A DNA stretch of 32,000 nucleotides from Vibrio vulnificus CMCP6 (GCF_000039765.1 NC_004459.3:1050001-1082000); one strand, 5' to 3'; counted from the stretch's first letter, positions 1 to 15,922 are shown. A program made the numbers and translations. The notes: generated by a model from the letters alone, not told the origin.

Positions 1-139
1 CGCCGTAGCAGATCTCTTGCAGTAAGGCGTGGTCGCGAGGGCGAATGGATTGTTGAGCTTCAGGAAGGGCGGTCGATAGAGAGTTGCCTCGGTCGACAAC
101 TTGATACAAGACGTTGGCAGCCGCAGCGCGAACATTCAT
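1..139 (-). CDS. rsmB: 16S rRNA m5C967 methyltransferase RsmB (Sun), N-terminal fragment; gene continues past the window start
   Basis: Not in the ORF track because it is truncated. The reverse complement from the ATG at 139-137 reads [46 protein letters not shown], which resembles the NusB-like N-terminus of RsmB. It lies directly downstream of def-fmt, the conserved def-fmt-rsmB order. Confidence 0.7.
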
Positions 140-222
140 GATGAGTACCTTAAAGTTAAAGAGGGCGTCTCTGCCCTCGTAAAGTTCTTAAACTGGGCAA
201 AAATGCCCGATTGCTTGGCAGG

Positions 223-1170
223 TTAACTCAGTACACTGCCAACTTCAAACCAAGCGGCGCGAGCGTTGAGAACATCTTGTACTGGCATCGCTTTTTTGCC
301 TGGAATTTGGATCTGCTCCAATACTAGGCAGCCATGGCCAGTGGCGACATAAATGCCGCTTTTATCCGCTTTGAGGATGGTCCCCGCGGGTGCGTCATGA
401 CTGCTGGCTTCGACGCGGCTTTGCCACACTTTAATGCTGTTTTCTGCCACTTCGAAATGGCTCATTGGCCATGGATTGAAAGCACGAACACAACGTTCGA
501 TGTGCTCTGCATCGTCTTGCCAATTGATGCGTGCTTCTTCCTTGCTGAGTTTCTTGGCGTAGTTTGCTCGCTCGTCATCTTGCTTAATTGCGATGGCTGT
601 GCCAGCGGCGATATCTGCCAAACACTCAACCAGTACCACAGGGCCAAGCTTGGCCAATTTATCGTACATGGTGGCGCTGGTATCGCTTGCGTCGATCGGC
701 AGCGTGGCAATTTTCAGCATGTCGCCGGTATCTAAGCCGATGTCCATTTGCATGATGGTCACGCCCGTTTCAGCATCACCCGCCCAAATAGAGCGCTGAA
801 TCGGTGCTGCGCCACGCCAGCGAGGCAGAATCGAGCCGTGGACATTGATACAACCCAATTTCGGTGTATCTAACACCGCTTGTGGTAATAACAAGCCATA
901 AGCGACCACGACCATGATGTCAGCATTGAGATCCGCGAGGGCTTGCTTGGCTTCGTCAGACTTAAAGTTTTCTGGTTGGTAAACCGGAATGTTGTGTTCC
1001 AAAGCAATGGTTTTGACAGGGCTTGCTGTGAGTTTTTTCCCGCGACCGGCTGGGCGATCAGGTTGGGTGTAAACTGCAATGACTTCATGCTCCGAAGACA
1101 ACAACGCCGCCAAATGTTGGGCGGCGAAGTCCGGAGTACCTGCAAATACAATACGTAAAGGCTTGCTCAA
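223..1170 (-). CDS. fmt: methionyl-tRNA formyltransferase
   Basis: 315-aa ORF. The N-terminus [20 protein letters not shown] and the motifs [19 protein letters not shown] and WPMSHF are typical of Fmt. It starts 32 nt downstream of def. Confidence 0.97.
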   Translation of the reverse strand: MSKPLRIVFAGTPDFAAQHLAALLSSEHEVIAVYTQPDRPAGRGKKLTASPVKTIALEHNIPVYQPENFKSDEAKQALADLNADIMVVVAYGLLLPQAVLDTPKLGCINVHGSILPRWRGAAPIQRSIWAGDAETGVTIMQMDIGLDTGDMLKIATLPIDASDTSATMYDKLAKLGPVVLVECLADIAAGTAIAIKQDDERANYAKKLSKEEARINWQDDAEHIERCVRAFNPWPMSHFEVAENSIKVWQSRVEASSHDAPAGTILKADKSGIYVATGHGCLVLEQIQIPGKKAMPVQDVLNARAAWFEVGSVLS

Positions 1171-1201
1171 GGTACCTTCCTTCTTATGGTATCAGCGCAA
1201 T

Positions 1202-1714
1202 TTAGCGCTGTTTCTCGTTAAAGCGTTTGATTTTGGCTAGCTTGTCTTGGATACGCTTGCGCTTTAGCGGTGATAGGTAGTCGACAAACAGCTTACCTTG
1301 CAGGTGATCCAATTCGTGTTGAATACAGATAGCCAGCAAATCATCGGCTTCGAGGGTAAATTCATGACCATCACGATCTAACGCTTTAACCGTGACTTCA
1401 GCGGCGCGTGGCACGAGTGCGCGGGCACCTGGGACCGATAGACAGCCCTCTTCAATGCCATCTTCGCCACGCTTTTCTAAAATTTCAGGATTGATTAACA
1501 CCATCGGCTCGTTACGGCTCTCAGAAATATCAATCACCACAATACGTTGATGGATGTCGACTTGCGTTGCGGCAAGGCCAATACCTTCTTCGTCATACAT
1601 GGTTTCAATCATGTCATCGACGATTTTTTGGATTTCTGGTGTCACCTTTTCAACCGGTTTGGCTACTGTACGAAGACGATCATCCGGGAATGTTAATACT
1701 TGTAATACAGACAT
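1202..1714 (-). CDS. def: peptide deformylase
   Basis: Start moved to the internal ATG at 1714 ([21 protein letters not shown]), which is nearly identical to the E. coli Def N-terminus. The metal-binding motifs [15 protein letters not shown] and QHELDH are present. The 32-codon upstream extension in the ORF track has no homology. Confidence 0.95.
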   Translation of the reverse strand: MSVLQVLTFPDDRLRTVAKPVEKVTPEIQKIVDDMIETMYDEEGIGLAATQVDIHQRIVVIDISESRNEPMVLINPEILEKRGEDGIEEGCLSVPGARALVPRAAEVTVKALDRDGHEFTLEADDLLAICIQHELDHLQGKLFVDYLSPLKRKRIQDKLAKIKRFNEKQR

Positions 1715-1852
1715 ATGCACTCGAAATGTTGAACTGTGCCGAAACAGCACAAACCTTGTTGGCTCAATTCTAGACATTTTATAGCCTAAATGACAGCATC
1801 CTAGCAGCAATTTCCCATTTGTCGCTTCGCTAATCCATCTAGGAGTTAAGGC

Positions 1853-2950
1853 ATGAACTCAGTGCTGCAAGCCGCTTCACGCGCATTGTTACCCTTGTTG
1901 TTTAGTGTGAGTGTGGCTGCCCAGGAGTCGCCAGCTCCGTTAAACATCAAGCCAGACGCACCTCAAACTTATGTCGTCGTAAAAGGAGATACCCTTTGGG
2001 ATATCTCAGCGCTCTATTTGGATAGCCCTTGGTTGTGGCCGCGTTTGTGGCAGATCAACCCTGATATTGATAACCCTCACTTAATCTACCCTGGCGATAA
2101 GCTCTCGTTAGTTTGGAAAAACGGTCAGCCGATGTTGAGTTTAAAACCGGTGGTGACATTGAGCCCGAAAGCTCGAATCACGGAGAAAAAAGCGGTACCA
2201 ACAGTAGATGAAGGGTTGGTTCTGCCTTATCTGCAATCTGACCGACTACTGAGTAAAGAGAAGCTCAGCAGTGTCGCGCGCGTGATGGGAACCAGCGATG
2301 GACGAAAATACCTTGCCAAAGACGAGCGTATTTTCATCAGCGGCCAACAAACGGAAACCCATTGGGCGATTTATCGTCAAGTGCAAGAGTTTGAACGAGC
2401 AGATCCCGATGCCAACATGATCGCGCTACGTGTGGTTGCACAAGGTGAGCTTAAAGAATCGGCACAAGACTATTCCGGTATTGAAGTGACCAGTCAGCGA
2501 CAAGAAGTATTGATCAACGACATTGCATTGCCGCAATCTGAAAACCTCGTCGAAGAACTGTCTACGACCTTTTATCCTGCGCCAGCCCCTCAAGATGTGG
2601 ATGCCAAGATATTGGGCAGTATTGATGGCATCGATTACAGTGCACCAAGCCAAGTGGTGATTTTGGACAAAGGGAAAGTGGACAATTTACGCCAAGGGCA
2701 TATTTTCGAACTCTATAAAGCCTCAAACAACGTTTATCGTAGCAGTGACAGCCAATTCAGCTACGAGAAAAGTGGTTCTTCTGATGAGATATCCTTGCCG
2801 AAAAGTCGCATTGGTGAGTTGATGATCATTCGTCCTTACGAATACTTCAGCTTGGCGTTGATCACCCGCAGTACTCAACCGATCAGTCGTGACATTTTGG
2901 TCGTGGCGCCAGTGCAAGTTGACGAATCAGTGACGGCGCAAACGCCCTGA
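1853..2950 (+). CDS. LysM peptidoglycan-binding domain protein (secreted)
   Basis: Signal-peptide-like N-terminus [24 protein letters not shown]. LysM motif [45 protein letters not shown]. It occupies the conserved position upstream of dprA. Confidence 0.85.
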   Translation: MNSVLQAASRALLPLLFSVSVAAQESPAPLNIKPDAPQTYVVVKGDTLWDISALYLDSPWLWPRLWQINPDIDNPHLIYPGDKLSLVWKNGQPMLSLKPVVTLSPKARITEKKAVPTVDEGLVLPYLQSDRLLSKEKLSSVARVMGTSDGRKYLAKDERIFISGQQTETHWAIYRQVQEFERADPDANMIALRVVAQGELKESAQDYSGIEVTSQRQEVLINDIALPQSENLVEELSTTFYPAPAPQDVDAKILGSIDGIDYSAPSQVVILDKGKVDNLRQGHIFELYKASNNVYRSSDSQFSYEKSGSSDEISLPKSRIGELMIIRPYEYFSLALITRSTQPISRDILVVAPVQVDESVTAQTP

Positions 2951-4053
2951 TGAGTCAGGATGAACTGCATGCTTGGTTAGCACTCAGTTTTACGCCCAAT
3001 ATTGGGGTTAAGAAGCTAACCAAGTTACTCAGTATTGATTCCCCGCTCAATATTCTGCGTTACTCCCAAGAGCAGCTACTGTCGCTGGGGCTGTCGTCCC
3101 AGCAAATCATCACCTTGCGAAGTAGTGCTCAGCAAGACGCTGAAGCCGCCCTTCAATGGCAGCAGCTTTCCTCCCAGCATCATATTCTTACCCTTCATGA
3201 TGGCCTATATCCGCCGCTGCTTAAGGAAACGGCTTCACCGCCTTGCCAACTGTTTGTACAGGGTGATCCTCATTGCTTAACCAAGCCACAAATTGCGCTG
3301 GTGGGGAGTCGTCATGCGACCATGCAAGGGTTGCAACATGCTCGCGACTTTGCGGCTCAACTGGTACAGCATGGGTTGGTGGTGACCAGTGGTTTAGCGC
3401 TTGGGATTGATGGCCATGCCCATGATGGTGCGCTGAGAGCGGGAGGCGAAACCGTTGCCGTTCTTGGTTCGGGCTTCCAACATATTTATCCCGCTCGCCA
3501 CAAAGGCCTTGCCGAGAGAATTGGTCAGCAAGGTGCGCTGGTTTCGGAGTTTCGTCCCAATACTAAAGCCAAAGCCGAACATTTTCCTCGTCGAAATCGA
3601 ATCATTAGTGGCTTGTCTCTGGGGGTTTTGGTGGTCGAAGCGGCAGAGAAAAGCGGTTCTTTGATTACCGCCCGTTATGCCGCTGAGCAAGGTCGAGAAG
3701 TCTTTGCTTTGCCTAACTCTCTCCATATTACCAATGCACGCGGCGGAAACTTGCTGATAAAAAGCGGAGCGTGTTTAGTCACTGGGGTAGAAGATGTGCT
3801 GAGTGAAGTGCAAACTTTGCTCGACTGGTCGACAAACCAACAAGCGGATTTATTTTCTTCCTCTAATACGGAAGAACAATTGCCATTTCCTCAGCTGTTA
3901 GCTAACGTAGGTAATGAGGCTACACCAGTTGATATTCTAGCAAACAGGACCAATATACCTGTGCAAGAAGTCATGATGCAGCTCTTGGAGCTTGAGCTTT
4001 CAGGGCATGTTGTTGCAGTTAACGGTGGCTATATTCGAAGGGGGAGGGGCTAG
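2950..4053 (+). CDS. dprA: DNA-protecting / DNA-processing protein DprA (Smf)
   Basis: 367 aa. Rossmann-like core VGSRHAT...[29 protein letters not shown]...YPARH...[11 protein letters not shown]...[14 protein letters not shown]. The ATG overlaps the LysM stop codon (TGATG). Confidence 0.93.
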   Translation: MSQDELHAWLALSFTPNIGVKKLTKLLSIDSPLNILRYSQEQLLSLGLSSQQIITLRSSAQQDAEAALQWQQLSSQHHILTLHDGLYPPLLKETASPPCQLFVQGDPHCLTKPQIALVGSRHATMQGLQHARDFAAQLVQHGLVVTSGLALGIDGHAHDGALRAGGETVAVLGSGFQHIYPARHKGLAERIGQQGALVSEFRPNTKAKAEHFPRRNRIISGLSLGVLVVEAAEKSGSLITARYAAEQGREVFALPNSLHITNARGGNLLIKSGACLVTGVEDVLSEVQTLLDWSTNQQADLFSSSNTEEQLPFPQLLANVGNEATPVDILANRTNIPVQEVMMQLLELELSGHVVAVNGGYIRRGRG

Positions 4054-4055
4054 CT

Positions 4056-4535
4056 ATGATGATGGATATACTGATGTATCTATTTGAAACCTACATCCAT
4101 AGCGATGCAGATTTACAAGTGGATCAAGATGAGCTTGAAGACGAATTGCTTCGAGCAGGATTTCACCAGCAAGATATCTACAAAGCCCTTCTTTGGTTAG
4201 AAGAGCTGGCGGCGTTACAACAAAGTGATGCCCATTCTGCGATTTCACGTTGCAGTGCGGTTTCTTCGACACGGGTTTATTCGCCAAAAGAAATGCAACG
4301 ACTTGATATTGAGTGTCGTGGTTTTTTGCTATTTCTCGAACAGATCAATGTGTTAACCACTGAGACTCGTGAAATGGTTATCGATAGAGTGATGGGGTTG
4401 GAAACCAACGAGTTCGAGCTTGAAGATCTCAAGTGGATTATTTTGATGGTGCTATTCAATGTTCCCGGCAACGAGAACGCCTACACGCTAATGGAAGAGC
4501 TGTTATACACCAAAGAGCAAGGCATTCTTCATTAA
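4056..4535 (+). CDS. smg: Smg protein (DUF494)
   Basis: 159 aa. [15 protein letters not shown]...[25 protein letters not shown] is the conserved Smg family sequence. The dprA-smg adjacency is conserved. Three consecutive ATG codons leave the exact start ambiguous by up to 6 nt. Confidence 0.9.
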   Translation: MMMDILMYLFETYIHSDADLQVDQDELEDELLRAGFHQQDIYKALLWLEELAALQQSDAHSAISRCSAVSSTRVYSPKEMQRLDIECRGFLLFLEQINVLTTETREMVIDRVMGLETNEFELEDLKWIILMVLFNVPGNENAYTLMEELLYTKEQGILH

Positions 4536-4558
4536 ACTGTTCCGCGAATACGGTAGCT

Positions 4559-5128
4559 ATGAGTAGTAAAATTGATCGCACTTTGTTTTCCGCTCACGAG
4601 CACGCGCTTGAGCATACGCCTTGTCCGCAATGTGGTGGAGAGTTGGTGTTAAAACACGGTAAGCATGGCGCGTTTTTGGGGTGTAATCAGTACCCACAGT
4701 GTGATTACGTCAAGCCCCTTCATCAAAATGATGGCCATATCGTCAAAGAATTGGGGGTTGCTTGCCCTGAATGTGGTAACGAGTTGGTGCTTCGTCAAGG
4801 GCGTTACGGTATGTTTGTCGGGTGCAGCCATTACCCACACTGCCATCACATTGAACCAATCAATCAGCCTGAACCTGAGCAGAATTCCAAAGCGTTGTTT
4901 GCTTGCCCTGAGTGTGGCAAAGGACACTTAGTTGAGCGTAAAACTCGCTTTGGTAAAACCTTCTATGCCTGTGATAACTATCCGAAGTGTAAGTTTGCGG
5001 TGAACTTACCGCCAGTCAAAGGGCATTGTGAAACATGCGGTTTTCCCTTGTTGGTCGAGAAGAAACTCGCCAGTGGTGTGAAGCTACAATGCGCAAGCCG
5101 CAAATGCCAGCATACTCAATCGCGTTGA
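4559..5128 (+). CDS. yrdD: topoisomerase-type C4 zinc-finger DNA-binding protein (YrdD-like)
   Basis: Start set at the ATG at 4559 (MSSKIDRTLF). There are four repeats of the TopA C-terminal zinc-ribbon pattern CPxCG...G.F.GC..YPxC. The upstream extension in the track overlaps smg out of frame. Confidence 0.85.
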   Translation: MSSKIDRTLFSAHEHALEHTPCPQCGGELVLKHGKHGAFLGCNQYPQCDYVKPLHQNDGHIVKELGVACPECGNELVLRQGRYGMFVGCSHYPHCHHIEPINQPEPEQNSKALFACPECGKGHLVERKTRFGKTFYACDNYPKCKFAVNLPPVKGHCETCGFPLLVEKKLASGVKLQCASRKCQHTQSR

Positions 5129-5137
5129 GTTCACATT

Positions 5138-5166
5138 GAAAAGGGTCGCACATGGCGCCCCTTTTA
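5138..5166. terminator. bidirectional hairpin between yrdD (+) and purK (-)
   Basis: GAAAA GGGTCGC ACATG GCGCCCC TTTT. The 7-bp stem has one mismatch, with an A-tract before it and a T-tract after it. Confidence 0.5.
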
Positions 5167-5192
5167 CTCTTTATGCATAAGCACAAGCTTTG

Positions 5193-6326
5193 CTACGCTT
5201 GCCACTTTTTTGCAAACTCATGCACCGCGGGGAAGGCTTTCTCATCCAATACATTGGCGAGAGCACAAAGGCGGCGCTGTAGCTCTCCGCTGTAATCACC
5301 ACACACGTTGATATGGCCCATTTTTCGGCCGGCGCGTTTCTCTTTGCCATACCAATGAATATGACAACCGTCCATCGCCATCACGCTTGCGGGCAGAGTA
5401 TCTTCACCAAGGATGTTGATCATTGAGGTTTCACGAACCAGCTTAGTGCTCCCAAGTGGTAAGCCACAAACGGCACGCAAATGATTTTCAAACTGGCAAG
5501 TTTCTGCTCCTTGCTGGGTCCAATGGCCGGAGTTATGAACTCGAGGTGCAATTTCATTGACCAGCAATTGTCCGTCGACATCGAAAAATTCAAGCGCCAA
5601 CACACCAACGTAGTTCAATGTTTCAGCAACAGCAGTAAACATGTGTTTGGCTTGCTCTTGTAGGTCCGGTGAGTCGATTGCCGTTGAAAGGCTTAACACG
5701 CCATTAACGTGAATGTTTTCTGCCAGTGGGTAGACTTCGATTTGCCCTTCTTTACCACGAGCGCCGATCAATGAAACTTCACGTTGAAATGGAACAAATT
5801 CTTCAGCGACAATCGCTTGAGTTGGCGTAGCAGCGATACAAGCTGCCATTTCTTGCCAAAGGGTTTCAATTTGTGCGGCATCTTTTAAGCGCCATTGCCC
5901 TTTACCATCATAGCCACCTAATGCGCTTTTCAACACCATAGGTATCCCAACGTGTTCAATCGCTTTATTGAAGTCTTCACGCGTTTCAATGACGTAGTAA
6001 TTGGCATTGCGTACGCCTGCATGGTCAAGCAAGGCTTTTTCCAAACGACGATCACCGCCAGCCTTAATCGCCTCACTACTTGGAAGAAACTTGCCACTCG
6101 CTTGGCAGATCGCCAATACGTCATGAGGAATGTGTTCAAATTCTGCAGTGATCACATCAACGTATTCAATCGCTTGCTCCAAGCCGTGACCAAGGAGATG
6201 CAATGTCAAAGGATGAACGACATCACCCGTTGTCACATCGTAGGCAGAAATCTGAATATTCAAAGGCGCACCGGCTAACGACATCATACGTGCCAATTGC
6301 CCTGCGCCTAGAACCAATACGTGCAT
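5193..6326 (-). CDS. purK: N5-carboxyaminoimidazole ribonucleotide synthase
   Basis: 377 aa. [15 protein letters not shown] and the ATP-grasp region are present. It starts 3 nt after the purE stop. Confidence 0.95.
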   Translation of the reverse strand: MHVLVLGAGQLARMMSLAGAPLNIQISAYDVTTGDVVHPLTLHLLGHGLEQAIEYVDVITAEFEHIPHDVLAICQASGKFLPSSEAIKAGGDRRLEKALLDHAGVRNANYYVIETREDFNKAIEHVGIPMVLKSALGGYDGKGQWRLKDAAQIETLWQEMAACIAATPTQAIVAEEFVPFQREVSLIGARGKEGQIEVYPLAENIHVNGVLSLSTAIDSPDLQEQAKHMFTAVAETLNYVGVLALEFFDVDGQLLVNEIAPRVHNSGHWTQQGAETCQFENHLRAVCGLPLGSTKLVRETSMINILGEDTLPASVMAMDGCHIHWYGKEKRAGRKMGHINVCGDYSGELQRRLCALANVLDEKAFPAVHEFAKKWQA

Positions 6327-6329
6327 GAT

Positions 6330-6815
6330 TTAGTCCTCTGCAGGATTTGGGTTAGCGAGGACGCTTTCAGTTTGCTCACTGCGGAAGGCTTCAACTTTGG
6401 CCATGATATTTTCGTCGTGAGTTCCAAGGATTTGCGCAGCGAGAAGACCCGCGTTCGCGGCACCGGCTTCACCAATGGCCAATGTACCTACTGCGATGCC
6501 TTTTGGCATTTGCACAATAGAGTAGAGAGAGTCGAGCCCTGATAAAGCACGTGATTGCACGGGTACGCCCAAAACGGGCAAGCTGGTAAATGCCGCTGCC
6601 ATGCCCGGCAAATGCGCCGCGCCACCTGCACCGGCAATAATCACTTTCAACCCACGCTCTTTGGCGGTTGAGGCATATTCAGCGAGGAGATGAGGAGTTC
6701 GATGTGCTGAAACCACTTTGGTTTCGTATTCCACGCCAAATCTGTCCAGCATTTCTGCTGCCAGTTTCATGGTTGGCCAATCTGATTTAGAACCCATGAT
6801 GATACCGACTTTCAT
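6330..6815 (-). CDS. purE: N5-carboxyaminoimidazole ribonucleotide mutase
   Basis: [16 protein letters not shown]...[14 protein letters not shown]...VLGVPV...SIVQMP closely follows E. coli PurE. The start is set at the ATG at 6815, which is preceded by GAAGGAG. The TTG at 6830 in the track lies inside that RBS. Confidence 0.95.
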
Positions 6816-6888
6816 CTCAAACTCCTTCAAGCTGCATAATTGGGTGAGCTGATCAATTTTGTGCGCATTATACGAGGTTTTTTACCTC

Positions 6889-6904
6889 AAGCAAACGTTT
6901 GCTT
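6889..6904. promoter_or_regulatory. PurR operator (PUR box) upstream of purEK
   Basis: Perfect 16-bp palindrome AAGCAAACGTTTGCTT, matching the PurR consensus (ACGCAAACGTTTGCGT type). On the minus strand a TATAAT hexamer lies at 6872-6867, so the box overlaps the -35 region. Confidence 0.7.
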
Positions 6905-6992
6905 TTGAGTGGAAACCACCATGCGCGTTTTTCGCTGGCATTCGGCTGGTTATTGGCTTATTTGTAATAGGTTGAGTGTCTAGAGAGAAGAA

Positions 6993-7553
6993 GTGGTGAG
7001 TAATTTACAACAAGTCGTGAAGGCGTTAAAGCAAGGTCAAGTGGTGGCTTACCCGACAGAGGGAGTGTTTGGCTTAGGTTGCGATCCTGATAATGAGGTG
7101 GCCATTGAGCGTCTTTTGACGATTAAACAGCGACCCAGTGACAAAGGCTTGATTTTGATCGCTGCTGATTTTCAACAGCTCCAACCGTATCTCGATTTAA
7201 CAAGCTTGTCAGCGGAGCAACTTCAGCGAGTTTTTGCCACTTGGCCCGGTCCTTATACATGGGTCATGCCTGCAAGTGCTCGGGCATCGGCGCTCGTCAC
7301 GGGCTATCGTCAGACCGTTGCGGTTCGTGTGAGTGATCATCCTTTGGTGCAAAAGTTGTGCAGTGAGTATGGAAAGCCGCTAACCTCTACCAGTGCGAAT
7401 TTGTCGGGCCAAACGGAGTGTAAAACCGTTGAGCAGGTTCAAGACCAATTGGGCAGCCAGATCTCTGTCATTTTGTTTGGTGAGATTGGTGAGCGCCATC
7501 GACCTAGTGAAATCCGCGATGCTCGTACAGAACAATTATTAAGACAGGGATAA
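6993..7553 (+). CDS. tsaC: L-threonylcarbamoyladenylate synthase TsaC (YrdC/RimN)
   Basis: 186 aa. VVAYPTEGVFGLGCDPDNE, RLLTIKQRPSDKGLILI and TSTSANLSG are YrdC-family motifs. GTG start at 6993 or 6996. Confidence 0.9.
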   Translation: MVSNLQQVVKALKQGQVVAYPTEGVFGLGCDPDNEVAIERLLTIKQRPSDKGLILIAADFQQLQPYLDLTSLSAEQLQRVFATWPGPYTWVMPASARASALVTGYRQTVAVRVSDHPLVQKLCSEYGKPLTSTSANLSGQTECKTVEQVQDQLGSQISVILFGEIGERHRPSEIRDARTEQLLRQG

Positions 7554-7581
7554 CCCTGCTCAGCTTCAAAAGGTAGTTTAG

Positions 7582-8499
<918 letters not shown>

Positions 8500-8550
8500 G
8501 AAAGGAATCTCCTCTTCTATTGCTCTTTTCTATATAGATAGATAGTGATA

Positions 8551-8580
8551 GGGTCATCGTTAATCAGATGGCCCTGTTTT
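8551..8580 (+). terminator. intrinsic terminator after hemF
   Basis: GGGTCATC GTTAATCA GATGGCCC forms an 8-bp stem including one G-T pair, followed by TGTTTT. Confidence 0.55.
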
Positions 8581-8634
8581 CGCTATAGCTAAGCAAGAGC
8601 GAAATAGCTCGGTAAGAACAACAAAGGTAAGGAA

Positions 8635-9468
8635 ATGACTCAACAAATCGATCGTTATGCCGTGTTTGGTAACCCTATCGAACACAGTAAATCGCCATTT
8701 ATTCACACCTTGTTTGCTCGCCAAACCAACCAGCCTTTAATCTACACCGCAGAAACCGCGCCAAAAGAGGGGTTTGTTGAGGCAGTGAAAGCGTTTTTTG
8801 CTGAAGGGGGAAAAGGGTGCAATGTGACTTTACCTTTTAAGGAAGAGGCGTATCAGTTTGCGAGTCGTTTAACGGAGCGAGCCCAATTGGCTGGCGCAGT
8901 GAATACACTAAAAAAACTGGATGATGGCGATATCATTGGTGACAACACTGATGGCGCTGGCCTTGTGCAAGACTTGTTGCAGCACCAAGTTGTGTTAGCA
9001 GGTGCACGTATTCTAGTGATAGGCGCTGGTGGTGCCGCTCGTGGCGTGCTTAAACCACTACTCGACCAGAAACCAACCTCTCTCACCATTACGAATCGTA
9101 CTTTCTCTAAAGCTGAAAAACTGGCTGTGTTGTTTGCTGCCTATGGATCTGTTACCGCAAAAGAGATGAATACAGTGACGGAAGAGTACGATGTTATTAT
9201 CAACTCTACGTCTGCCTCATTGAGTGGTGAGTTACCTGCCCTCTCTTCATCTATATTTGCCGCCAACAGTACTAGCTATGACATGATGTATGGCAAGGGC
9301 GATACCACCTTCAATCAATGGGCTAAGCAACACGGCGCTGCTCATGCCTATGACGGGTTGGGTATGTTGGTTGGGCAAGCTGCCGAAAGTTTCATGCTAT
9401 GGAGAGGGTTGCGTCCCGGGTCTAAACAAATCTTGCGCGAGTTAAGAAAAAATCTTGAAGGGCTATAA
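8635..9468 (+). CDS. aroE: shikimate dehydrogenase
   Basis: 277 aa. [32 protein letters not shown] and GAGGAARG are AroE motifs. Confidence 0.95.
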   Translation: MTQQIDRYAVFGNPIEHSKSPFIHTLFARQTNQPLIYTAETAPKEGFVEAVKAFFAEGGKGCNVTLPFKEEAYQFASRLTERAQLAGAVNTLKKLDDGDIIGDNTDGAGLVQDLLQHQVVLAGARILVIGAGGAARGVLKPLLDQKPTSLTITNRTFSKAEKLAVLFAAYGSVTAKEMNTVTEEYDVIINSTSASLSGELPALSSSIFAANSTSYDMMYGKGDTTFNQWAKQHGAAHAYDGLGMLVGQAAESFMLWRGLRPGSKQILRELRKNLEGL

Positions 9469-9471
9469 GCG

Positions 9472-9735
9472 ATGAATCAAGCCATCTTATTTCCAGACAT
9501 GCAATCTTGGGATGAAGCGTCACAATCAGTGAACTTCGCCGCGCAACAATCGGGTGCACTAATAGAGTGTTTTGTGGCGAAACATAAGCTAGAAAAATTA
9601 TCGGGCTTAGAGCTCGATACTGAGCAAGCGGTGATCGCTGCTTTTATTGATTACCGATTTGATCTGGAAGAAATAGCAGAAGAGTTAATAGAAGATGAAG
9701 CCTTCAACGAAGAAGGCCATATCATTATCGATTAG
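9472..9735 (+). CDS. DUF1488 family protein (YrdB-like)
   Basis: 87-aa acidic protein starting 3 nt after aroE. This is the same aroE-yrdB arrangement seen in E. coli. No other evidence. Confidence 0.7.
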   Translation: MNQAILFPDMQSWDEASQSVNFAAQQSGALIECFVAKHKLEKLSGLELDTEQAVIAAFIDYRFDLEEIAEELIEDEAFNEEGHIIID

Positions 9736-10291
9736 TTTGTCTTTCATGAAGGTCTTTTACTTCAGTTAAATAGTCATTCTTGTTTTGGACATAGTTGTCC
9801 GCTGACTTTAGTAAAAAAGCTCGTTCTTTCTCTGATAGAGGGCGAGCTTGTTTTATTGGGCTACCAACATAAAGATAGCCGCTTTCTAATCTTTTCCCTG
9901 GCGGTACTAGACTGCCCGCACCAATCATCACGTCCGATTCAACCACGACATCATCTAAAACAATCGCCCCCATACCAACCAACACACGATCGTGAATATC
10001 GCAGCCGTGCAGCATCACTTTGTGGCCAATGGTCACGTCATTACCAATCAGCAAAGGGTAGCCATGAGGATTTTCTGCGTTTTTATGGGTCACGTGCAGC
10101 ACGCTGCCATCTTGAATGTTAGTGCGAGCTCCGATGTGGATATGGTTAACATCGCCACGTGCCGCAACCAATGGCCAAATACTCGAATCATCACCTATTC
10201 GAATATCACCGACAATGACTGAGGTTGAATCGATATAGACGCGTTCGCCTATTTGGGGATGAATGCCTTTATAACTTCTAATCGAACTCAT
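9725..10291 (-). CDS. yrdA: gamma-carbonic-anhydrase-like hexapeptide-repeat protein (YrdA family)
   Basis: Start set at the ATG at 10291 (MSSIRSYKGIHPQIGERVYID), preceded by GGAGGAAAAA. Left-handed beta-helix hexapeptide repeats run throughout. Its 3' end overlaps the DUF1488 gene by 11 bp (convergent). Confidence 0.9.
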   Translation of the reverse strand: MSSIRSYKGIHPQIGERVYIDSTSVIVGDIRIGDDSSIWPLVAARGDVNHIHIGARTNIQDGSVLHVTHKNAENPHGYPLLIGNDVTIGHKVMLHGCDIHDRVLVGMGAIVLDDVVVESDVMIGAGSLVPPGKRLESGYLYVGSPIKQARPLSEKERAFLLKSADNYVQNKNDYLTEVKDLHERQTNR

Positions 10292-10411
10292 TTTTCCTCC
10301 TAATAAAGCCTGATGAATGGTGATATCGGGTGAGAAGAGTAGCAAAAACTCATCGTTTAGAATAAAAAACACTCAAACGATAGAAAAATCAAAAAAAACG
10401 TGAAAAAGGGC

Positions 10412-10439
10412 TTGCCAATGTGACGCCGATCTCTATAAT
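10412..10439 (+). promoter_or_regulatory. rrn promoter P1
   Basis: TTGCCA, 16 nt, TATAAT, followed by a GC-rich discriminator (GCCCCCTCGC). It is preceded by an A-rich UP-like tract at 10385-10410. Confidence 0.7.
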
Positions 10440-10538
10440 GCCCCCTCGCTGACACGGCAAGGCTTCGAAAGAAACGAGAGCCCATCAGCCAAGGCATTTA
10501 GCCAGGTGAATCACCTGAAAAAGTTTTGAAAAAAGTGG

Positions 10539-10566
10539 TTGACACTAAAACTTAACTCGCTAAAAT
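10539..10566 (+). promoter_or_regulatory. rrn promoter P2
   Basis: TTGACA, 16 nt, TAAAAT, followed by GGCCGCC. It is preceded by an A/T-rich tract. Tandem P1/P2 is the usual rrn arrangement. Confidence 0.65.
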
Positions 10567-10607
10567 GGCCGCCTCTTCCGGAGTGATGCGATTCACAAAA
10601 GAAGAAA

Positions 10608-10619
10608 GCTCTTTAACAA
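10608..10619 (+). promoter_or_regulatory. leader boxA antitermination element
   Basis: GCTCTTTAACAA matches the rrn boxA consensus TGCTCTTTAACAA. Confidence 0.75.
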
Positions 10620-10767
10620 TTTAAACCTATCAATCTGTGTGGGCACTCGTTGATGATAATCCAAAAGATTTATCAATGAACTGAGTGACCAAAACGATAC
10701 TAAGTATCGGCACAGTCAATTTATTCAGTATTCATTGAGCCGAAGCGCAAGCTTCAAAAAAACTTTT

Positions 10768-12311
<1,544 letters not shown>

Positions 12312-12378
12312 TACGATGATTATTGCGATGAGTGTTCACACAGATTGATATGGTTTAGAAAGTTTAGAGTATCTTAGT

Positions 12379-12454
12379 GTCCCGTTCGTCTAGAGGCCTA
12401 GGACACCGCCCTTTCACGGCGGTAACAGGGGTTCGACTCCCCTACGGGATACCA
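12379..12454 (+). tRNA. tRNA-Glu (UUC)
   Basis: GTCCCGTTCGTCTAGAGGCCTAGGACACCGCCCTTTCACGGCGG...GGGATACCA is near-identical to E. coli tRNA-Glu. The anticodon loop is CTTTCAC. Confidence 0.97.
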
Positions 12455-12455
12455 T

Positions 12456-12531
12456 GGGTCGTTAGCTCAGTTGGTAGAGCAGTTGACTTTTAATCAATTG
12501 GTCGCAGGTTCGAATCCTGCACGACCCACCA
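12456..12531 (+). tRNA. tRNA-Lys (UUU)
   Basis: GGGTCGTTAGCTCAGTTGGTAGAGCAGTTGACTTTTAATCAATTGGTCGCAGGTTCGAATCCTGCACGACCCACCA matches my recollection of the E. coli tRNA-Lys sequence. Confidence 0.97.
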
Positions 12532-12559
12532 TTTCCTTCCACGGGAAAACAAATAATGT

Positions 12560-12635
12560 GGGCGATTAGCTCAGTTGGGAGAGCACCTGCCTTACAAGCA
12601 GGGGGTCACTGGTTCGAACCCGGTATCGCCCACCA
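12560..12635 (+). tRNA. tRNA-Val (UAC)
   Basis: GGGCGATTAGCTCAGTTGGGAGAGCACCTGCCTTACAAGCAGGGGGTC...CGCCCACCA. Cloverleaf with anticodon TAC. Confidence 0.95.
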
Positions 12636-12685
12636 TCTTTAAGCATTCTTGCGAGTGTGTTTAAAAATGGTTTCGAAAGAAATCT

Positions 12686-12698
12686 TGCTCTTTAACAA
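12686..12698 (+). promoter_or_regulatory. spacer boxA antitermination element
   Basis: TGCTCTTTAACAA is an exact consensus match, in the 16S-23S spacer downstream of the tRNAs. Confidence 0.75.
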
Positions 12699-12913
12699 TT
12701 TGGAAAGCTGACAAAACAACAATTTATTGTTGTTTGTAAAGTTCTCAATGTTTGTCTTTAAGACAAACACCAACAAACACATTCAAGTGTTCTTGGGAAG
12801 GTCACTTTTAGTGACTATTCGAAATTGAGTCCGGCAAAATCAACGCTATCTCGCTCATTCAAATAATGAGATAGCAACTTTGGTTGTTTAACAAAGACCC
12901 TTTGGGGTTGTAT

Positions 12914-15801
<2,888 letters not shown>

Positions 15802-15922
15802 ACAACACCCAAAGGGTTTTGATGGACTCGATGTAAGAACATTGAATGTGTAGAGAACATAAACAGCTTTCCAGATTTTTTGCTTTCACTTTTTTAGAAA
15901 AAGTGAAGACAAAAACAGAATT

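Noticed and set aside
161-178. Hairpin GAGGGC GTCTCT GCCCTC between fmt and rsmB as a terminator
   Set aside because: The stem is only 6 bp and the minus-strand tail is interrupted (TTTAACTTT). fmt and rsmB are normally co-transcribed. At most it is a partial attenuator or RNA-stability element.
334-1158. Plus-strand and alternative-frame ORFs within fmt (similar shadows occur in dprA, purK, hemF, aroE, rep and the ABC gene)
   Set aside because: They are shadow ORFs overlapping genes with full-length homology on the other strand or frame.
1715-1810. N-terminal extensions offered by the ORF track for def (also yrdD 4433-4558, purE 6816-6830, yrdA 10292-10372, ilvY 18358-18390 and cytochrome c5 28059-28112)
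   Set aside because: Homologous N-termini begin at the internal ATG codons, most of which have their own RBS. The extensions lack homology and in some cases overlap the upstream gene or its RBS.
9725-9735. 11-bp convergent overlap of the DUF1488 gene and yrdA as something functional
   Set aside because: Short 3'-3' overlaps are common in compact genomes, and no additional structure was seen.
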